64,000 bases of DNA from Nitrospinaceae bacterium. Lineage in GTDB: Bacteria; Nitrospinota_A; UBA7883; JAJDBK01. The position numbers and the translations under genes are program-made. The stretch spans positions 1,906 to 65,905 of the forward strand of contig JAJDBK010000057.1 in NCBI GenBank assembly GCA_029261405.1, given 5' to 3'. Of this stretch, positions 58,729 to 64,000 are shown piece after piece; the stretch's first letter is position 1; each line of letters starts with the position of its first letter. Below the pieces are notes generated by a model. That model did not search any database and had not been told where the DNA came from. It saw nothing but the letters and a program-made list of their open reading frames with translations.

Positions 58729-59421
58729 ATGAAGTCCCATGCGATCTCGTTGCAGAAAAAAGAACTCTATTATGTCAGGAATTTCAGCAACCGTTTCCTG
58801 CACTGGCTGATGTTCTTTTCTGTCCTGGTCCTGATTCCGACCGGATGGTACATAGGCGACCCCACAGCTTTCTACGGGCAAGGAGAGGCTTGGGACAGTT
58901 ATGTTATGGGTTACATTCGGCTGGCCCATTTTCTCGCCGCCATGACCCTCGACATATCAATTATGGTCAGGTTCTACCTCGCTTTTTTCAGCCTCTACCA
59001 TCGGGACTGGTACGAGATTCTCCCCACCCCCAGAAATATCATCGGCGCTTTAAAAGTGGCGGGAAGCTACATAACTTTCAGGAAACCCCCTTTCTATCGT
59101 CATGTCGATCCGTTCGACGGCATACTTTTTCTGCTGTTGCATCTGCTGATGGTTTTCCAGTTGGTAACCGGGTTCCAGCTCTACGTCCACGCCCTCTCCC
59201 CCGACTACTGGTGGGCGCAGATGATACACCTCGGCACCGACTGGATAGAGTGGGTTCTAGGCGGTAACCAGATGGTTCGCCTGACCCATCACATATCGCT
59301 CTGGATAATGATCGCGGGTATCATCGTTCATATATATATACAGGTCGCCAAGACCATCATCTGGCGGGACGGGCATATCACCAGCATCGTGGGCGGCTAT
59401 AAATACCGGGACACCAAATGA
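58729..59421 (+). CDS. hyaC: Ni/Fe-hydrogenase b-type cytochrome subunit, copy 2
   Basis: 230 aa, 4 TM, His ligands. GAGGGAG RBS. A paralogue of the gene at 55066. Confidence 0.8.
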   Translation: MKSHAISLQKKELYYVRNFSNRFLHWLMFFSVLVLIPTGWYIGDPTAFYGQGEAWDSYVMGYIRLAHFLAAMTLDISIMVRFYLAFFSLYHRDWYEILPTPRNIIGALKVAGSYITFRKPPFYRHVDPFDGILFLLLHLLMVFQLVTGFQLYVHALSPDYWWAQMIHLGTDWIEWVLGGNQMVRLTHHISLWIMIAGIIVHIYIQVAKTIIWRDGHITSIVGGYKYRDTK

Positions 59422-59918
59422 ACGAACCTCCTGTCGTAGTTCTCCTCGGTATCGGCAATATCCTGCTGACGGACGAAGGCGCCGGGGTACACGCCATTAA
59501 CATGCTAATGGAGAAGTACACCTTCCCCGAAAACGTGGAGTTGTACGATGGCGGAGTCACCGGTATGGCGGGTCTGTTGCCAATTATAGAAGACGCGGAT
59601 CATCTGGTAATACTCGATGCCGCCAATGGTCCCGACGAACCGGGAACAGTACGACGATACAATCTGGATGATTTCAGGCTTACGGTACCGAAAAAACTGT
59701 CGAGCCACGATATCGGCCTGATCGATTGCCTGTCGGTCGCGGAAACCATCGGAAAAAGCCCCGAATCGGTCACAATCATCGGGATTCAACCAGAGAACAT
59801 CACTACCTACGCCATGACCCCCTCCCCTACCATCGCGAAAAATCTTGAGAAGATGGTCACGATGGTCATTGATGAGCTATGCGCCCTTGGCGTTACTCCG
59901 CTATCTGTAACCATCTGA
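59418..59918 (+). CDS. hyaD: Hydrogenase maturation endopeptidase (HyaD/HupD family)
   Basis: 166 aa with VLLGIGNILLTDEGAGVHA motif. Confidence 0.8.
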   Translation: MNEPPVVVLLGIGNILLTDEGAGVHAINMLMEKYTFPENVELYDGGVTGMAGLLPIIEDADHLVILDAANGPDEPGTVRRYNLDDFRLTVPKKLSSHDIGLIDCLSVAETIGKSPESVTIIGIQPENITTYAMTPSPTIAKNLEKMVTMVIDELCALGVTPLSVTI

Positions 59919-60012
59919 TAGCGGAAACCGATAACGATTTTTCGACCAGACCCTCCCCTTTTTTCCGCTTACGGACCCCATATTATATGTAGGTAAATAG
60001 AAGGAGATTGTC

Positions 60013-60153
60013 ATGCAAAGACTCTCAAACAACATGGATATGCTTAACAGCGTAGAGTTCGTTCCGTTGGCTATTGGATTCCTCTGGGTGTCCCTCTGCA
60101 TCACGGGGTTGTTCTTCTCGGTAGGGTGGATCGTCTACCTGTTGGTCATCTGA
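60013..60153 (+). CDS. Small hydrophobic membrane peptide (46 aa: MQRLSNNMDMLNSVEFVPLAIGFLWVSLCITGLFFSVGWIVYLLVI)
   Basis: Not in the ORF track (under 60 aa). Strong AAGGAGA RBS 5 nt upstream of the ATG; about 95 nt downstream of hyaD. Confidence 0.4.
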   Translation: MQRLSNNMDMLNSVEFVPLAIGFLWVSLCITGLFFSVGWIVYLLVI

Positions 60154-60462
60154 CCACTGTATGAGACTGAGCGGGGTGTGCTGACCCTGTTTCGGTCAGT
60201 ATGGGGGGAGGTTTGCGCTCCTGATCGAAAATAAAACCACATATCAAATCATAATTATCTTTACAACCGTAATTGTGGTATCATTTTCCCTGTGCTCGAT
60301 TTTGGCTGAAACTGACGCTAGACTACCCGCCTCAGGTTTTCCTCCCAAGATTAGCTTAACAAGCCAAAGCCCTTTTGGGGAAAGGCTAAACAGGACGCGT
60401 CCCTTTCGCAAGAAAGTTCGCGCCGAAAACTTTTTTTTTATTTTTGAGGACAACAGTCGACT

Positions 60463-60729
60463 ATGAATATCTTTGTGGGTAATCTCCCCTTTACAGTTTC
60501 AGAAGAAGATTTACGTGCGGTTTTTGAAGAATATGGTGCAGTAGAATCCGCCAAGTTAATTACAGATCGTGAAACTGGGCGATCCCGTGGTTTCGGCTTT
60601 GTAGAGATGGAAAACTCCAACGCTGATACAGCCATCAAGGCTCTCAACGAAACCGATCTTAAAGGACGCAACATAAAAGTCAATCAGGCTGAGCCTCGCA
60701 AACCGAGAGCGCCAAGACGTTCCTGGTAA
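60463..60729 (+). CDS. RRM-type RNA-binding protein
   Basis: 88 aa with RNP-2 (IFVGNL) and RNP-1 (RGFGFVEM) motifs. Long 5' leader. Confidence 0.8.
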   Translation: MNIFVGNLPFTVSEEDLRAVFEEYGAVESAKLITDRETGRSRGFGFVEMENSNADTAIKALNETDLKGRNIKVNQAEPRKPRAPRRSW

Positions 60730-60740
60730 ATTAATTACGC

Positions 60741-60773
60741 CGATCCGGTGGCGACGCTGGATCGCGTTTTTTT
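60741..60773 (+). terminator. Probable Rho-independent terminator (CGATCC/GGATCG stem, T-run)
   Basis: Hairpin followed by TTTTTTT directly after the RRM gene stop. Confidence 0.4.
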
Positions 60774-61081
60774 CTATTCAAGTGAATATCTGACGCAAAG
60801 CGGGTTCCGGCCCGCTGGTCCGACAGAGACTCGATTCGATAGCGAAGAAGAGCGGTTATCAGACAGGTTTATCGCTGATTTGAGGTGAATATTATTGTTC
60901 ACTGATGATGAGCGGTAAGCAGTGTGGATGCCGCTCTTTTTAGCTTAATCGTTATCAAGATGGCGGACCATATCGAAATAATTCCCCGACAACAGGTGGT
61001 TACCGACACTATCCGTATTGGACCGATCATAGTTTCTCTAATATAATTCTGATTTAGAGACATTCTTAAAGGAAATAAACG

Positions 61082-62383
61082 ATGAAGGCAAAGACCTTCG
61101 GCATTCTGGTAGGTGGTGGACCGGCGCCCGGAATAAACAGTGTAATCAGGGCGGCCACGATAAAGCTCAAAAACCATGGCGCCAGGGTTATCGGCATCTA
61201 CGATGGTTTCTCTCACCTTATCAAGGGGGATACCTCCCATGTGAAGGAGCTTTTCATCAATGACGTAACGGTAATCCACTTCGAGGGTGGATCAATCCTG
61301 CGCACAAGCCGAGCCAACCCTACACGCAAAGCGGAAGATATCGAATCGGTTGTGACCAGCCTGCGGAAGATCGGGATCGACTGCCTGATCACCATTGGTG
61401 GTGACGATACCTGTTTCTCCGCCCACAAAATCTCCCAGGCCGCCGATGGCAAAATACGGGTGATTCATGTACCGAAAACTATCGACAACGACTTGAACCT
61501 GCCCCACGGAATCAGGACGTTCGGATTCGCCAGCGCCCGGCATTACGGTGTCCAGATAGTCAAAAGCATCATGAACGACGCCAAATGCACCCAGCGCTGG
61601 TATTTTCTGGTGGCTATGGGAAGAAAAGCGGGGCACCTTGCGCTCGGCATAGGAAAGGCCGCCGGCGCCACCTTGACCATTATTCCGGAAGAGTGCAAAT
61701 CCGAAACCCTTGATTTCTCATGGCTGGTCGATACCCTGATTGGCGCAATAGTAAAAAGAGAAGCCTCCGGTCGCAGTCAGGGGGTCGCTATTCTGGCGGA
61801 AGGATTGGCGGAAAAACTGACGGTTGCCGAGCTTGAGAAGATGGGCCACATGGAGTATGACGACCATGGACATCCCAGACTTGCGGAGATCGACTTCGGC
61901 AAGATGGTAAAACTCGCCGTCAGAGCCGAACTCGAAAAACTTGGAATGTCGAACACAATAGTCGATAAGAACGTCGGTTACGAACTCCGATGCGTGGAAC
62001 CTGTTCCATTCGATATGGAATATACGAAAGAACTCGGATTCGCGGCGGCGAAACACGCCCTCCTTGGAGGGTCAGGTGACATGGTGACCATTCAGACCGG
62101 GCGATTCGTACCGATGCCATTTTACAGCATCATGGACCCGGCTACCGGTAAAACCGAAGTTCGACTGGTGGATATCAATACCGAAACATACGAGATGGCG
62201 CTCGAATATATGATCCGTCTTAAGAAAGATGACTTCACGAACCAGGCTTATGTGGAGAAACTTGCCAGCGTAACGAATCTGTCACCAGACGAATTCAGGG
62301 AGCGGTTCGAGCGGGTAGCGGTAAGTTTTGAGGGACCCGGCACATATATGCCCTACTACCAGCCGACTTTCGATACCCAGTAA
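61082..62383 (+). CDS. pfk: 6-phosphofructokinase, likely pyrophosphate-dependent (PPi-PFK type)
   Basis: 433 aa. GGGPAPGINS and TIGGDDT motifs (GGDDT rather than GGDGS suggests PPi dependence), then PKTIDNDL. Confidence 0.8.
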   Translation: MKAKTFGILVGGGPAPGINSVIRAATIKLKNHGARVIGIYDGFSHLIKGDTSHVKELFINDVTVIHFEGGSILRTSRANPTRKAEDIESVVTSLRKIGIDCLITIGGDDTCFSAHKISQAADGKIRVIHVPKTIDNDLNLPHGIRTFGFASARHYGVQIVKSIMNDAKCTQRWYFLVAMGRKAGHLALGIGKAAGATLTIIPEECKSETLDFSWLVDTLIGAIVKREASGRSQGVAILAEGLAEKLTVAELEKMGHMEYDDHGHPRLAEIDFGKMVKLAVRAELEKLGMSNTIVDKNVGYELRCVEPVPFDMEYTKELGFAAAKHALLGGSGDMVTIQTGRFVPMPFYSIMDPATGKTEVRLVDINTETYEMALEYMIRLKKDDFTNQAYVEKLASVTNLSPDEFRERFERVAVSFEGPGTYMPYYQPTFDTQ

Positions 62384-62452
62384 GATCAACTTTCCCTTAT
62401 TTGCGCCGATAAGTCGAATAAGGATAGTTAACACCATTAGGTCTAGGACGAT

Positions 62453-62641
62453 ATGCCCGCAGTAAATATTACTGATTTCAGTGGAAAACACCCGGCGGTT
62501 CCAATGAAACCGAAAGGCGCCGCTGGCATGAAGGAAGTAAAAACCGAATCGGGCGACCCTCAGAGAGCCGCATTGGCCCAAACCGTAAGGGATGCGGTAC
62601 CAAGCATCCCCTACGGAGGAAAAGTCTCAATTCTCGCCTAG
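62453..62641 (+). CDS. Hypothetical small protein (62 aa)
   Basis: ORF only; no motifs. Its TAG stop is the first bases of the following tandem repeat. Confidence 0.25.
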   Translation: MPAVNITDFSGKHPAVPMKPKGAAGMKEVKTESGDPQRAALAQTVRDAVPSIPYGGKVSILA

Positions 62642-62745
62642 TGCGTGGCGCACGGCCTGTTACGCTAGTGCGTGGCGCACGGCCTGTTACGCTAGTGCGT
62701 GGCGCACAGCCTGTTACGCTAGTGCGTGGCGCACAGCCTGTTACG
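62638..62745. repeat. Four exact tandem copies of a 27-bp unit (ctagtgcgtggcgcacRgcctgttacg) with an internal palindrome GTGCG-TGG-CGCAC
   Basis: Read directly; copies 1-2 have acGg, copies 3-4 have acAg. No spacers, so it is not a CRISPR array. Confidence 0.85.
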
Positions 62746-63032
62746 CTACCGCGCCGTTTGAAAGCCTTATTCAATTCGCACTGGTAGCGGGGGCTTCGCC
62801 CCCTTCCATCGGGTTTATAACGGCTGGTAAAGAAGGTGCGTGGTACCCTCTGGGGCACAGGCGTTGACGAGACATTCTGGAATTCCTTTGCCAGGGTTCC
62901 GGTAATGGCGCCGCTGTATCGCTGTGGTCGCACCACCTTAAGAATTATCCTGATTAATGTCGTGGAGGGTATATAATTCCGGTGTCTTGATCGTAAGGCA
63001 GTTTGCGCAACTAATCAGACCAATTTCTTTTT

Positions 63033-64000
63033 ATGGCTCAAGAAAAAAACGACACCGCTCCTTCCGTGGACCCTCTGGAGCCATTCAGGGGAGAGGAATT
63101 CAGGCTACTGATAAGCGACCGTACCATGCTCCAGCAGGTCGATGTCATGTTCAGCAAACTTCTCGGTTTTACAGCTGTCAAAACCTTACCGCCTGGGACA
63201 TCCAGAAACGACTCCATCGAAAAACTGGCAAAAGTATTGCTCACCACAGAGGTTCATGCGCTCGTGGACCCGACAGGTCTGCTGAAAGCTGGCGAGAACA
63301 AAAGCAAAAACGAGGCGTGGCGCGATTTTCTGGTCAGCGTCAAGGCGCGAATCGGCCAGACAAAGAGCGACGAAGAGAAGGTTTTCTCCTGTTTGTCGAG
63401 AATAGTTCCGGTCCTGGTGGAGGCCAGCAACTATCAGATAAGGGAGAAGTATGTCCGGACCTTCGCCCATTTCAGGATTCCGGGCGCTTTCATATTTCCA
63501 CACGCGGAGAGTAACAAGCTAAACGAGCAGATCAAGGAACGTCTGCCGATCCTGCGGGAGTTTCTCGAAGAACTGCTCACCGGCAAGGATACCGCCCTCG
63601 AAAAGATAAAAAACCGGGAGCGAGACGAAAAGTTAAGCGAGCGGAAAGCCAAAGCGGACAAGCTGATGGCGGAGGGCGTAAAGTTAAAGAATTCGGGTAA
63701 CTTTGAAGAGGCCATTATCCGTTTCAACAAGGCGATCGAGCTTTTCCCGGAGAATCCTGACGCATTTATGGAGAGTGGTCGCGGTTACAACAAGATCCGT
63801 AAATATACCAAAGCGATCCAACGGTTCACCGAAGCTGAAGAGGTGGCAAGAGACCTGCCAGCGCCAAACCAGGAGATCGCCGGCGCAAGGGTTTTGCAGA
63901 TTAAAGAGATGATCGATAACGGCTCCGATCCTGAAAGTCCGGAGGTGAGCAAGCTTGTGGGCGAAGTGATCAGCAACTTTAATGCGGCCTTGAAAAAAGC
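63033..64000 (+). CDS. TPR-repeat-containing protein (partial; runs off window end)
   Basis: Manual translation from ATG 63033 is open to the window end (MAQEKNDTAPS...). TPR-like NSGNFEEAIIRFNKAIELFPENPDAFMESGRGYNK. Absent from the ORF track because it has no stop in the window. The overlapping track ORF 62957-63514 in another frame is Arg-rich and judged spurious. Confidence 0.5.
   Translation, partial: MAQEKNDTAPSVDPLEPFRGEEFRLLISDRTMLQQVDVMFSKLLGFTAVKTLPPGTSRNDSIEKLAKVLLTTEVHALVDPTGLLKAGENKSKNEAWRDFLVSVKARIGQTKSDEEKVFSCLSRIVPVLVEASNYQIREKYVRTFAHFRIPGAFIFPHAESNKLNEQIKERLPILREFLEELLTGKDTALEKIKNRERDEKLSERKAKADKLMAEGVKLKNSGNFEEAIIRFNKAIELFPENPDAFMESGRGYNKIRKYTKAIQRFTEAEEVARDLPAPNQEIAGARVLQIKEMIDNGSDPESPEVSKLVGEVISNFNAALKK

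Noticed and set aside
62638-62745. Possible CRISPR array
   Set aside because: The four 27-bp units are directly adjacent with no spacers, and no cas genes are nearby. It is a tandem repeat, not a CRISPR.
62957-63514. 185-aa + strand ORF from the track
   Set aside because: Arg/Gly-rich with no structure. A different + frame starting at 63033 is open to the window end and encodes a TPR-like protein; that frame is preferred.

Overview
This 64 kb window is a chromosomal segment of a moderately GC-rich, anaerobe-like bacterium, dense with electron-transfer and sulfur/hydrogen-metabolism genes. Coding features, in order:

- A partial TAXI-type TRAP solute-binding protein.
- A TusA plus DsrE-like sulfur-relay pair, then a truncated IS110 transposase fragment abutting tRNA-Val and a 600 bp AT-rich noncoding stretch.
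- A monoheme cytochrome c, a DmpA/P1 peptidase, a REC-PP2C response regulator, mltG and ruvX.
- A biotin operon: a BioH-like esterase, bioC and a fused bioD-bioA.
- AhbA/AhbB-like siroheme decarboxylase genes, a PfkB kinase, rsmD and a band-7 protein.
- A roughly 2 kb AT-rich insertion carrying an AAA_21/DUF3696-type ABC-like ATPase and a small PIN-like protein. This is a candidate two-gene phage-defense cassette and the most novel-looking element in the window.
- A Psr/Phs/Ttr-like molybdopterin oxidoreductase ABC operon with no Tat signals.
- flgM, an M16 peptidase, pnp (with an RGG-rich tail) and rpsO.
- An Opp/Dpp-type ABC importer with no ATPase genes in cis.
- purD, ispG, tilS and two tandem REC-PilZ paralogues.
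- A membrane protein, two monoheme cytochromes c, an 8-10-heme cytochrome c and a cytochrome-b-like membrane protein. I read this as a putative quinol-to-multiheme electron conduit.
- An MCP with a double PilJ-domain periplasmic partner, cysC and a REC-TPR regulator.
- hypABFCDE, then a group-1 [NiFe] hydrogenase operon (hyaA/hyaB) flanked by two cytochrome b genes, plus hyaD.
- An RRM RNA-binding protein and a PPi-type phosphofructokinase.

Noncoding features: several distinct families of short palindromic tandem repeats sit in intergenic regions and consistently begin at or overlap the stop codons of the adjacent genes. Two Rho-independent terminators and one weak sigma-28-like promoter are also called.

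All calls rest on reading the six-frame translations and the raw sequence; no database search was possible.
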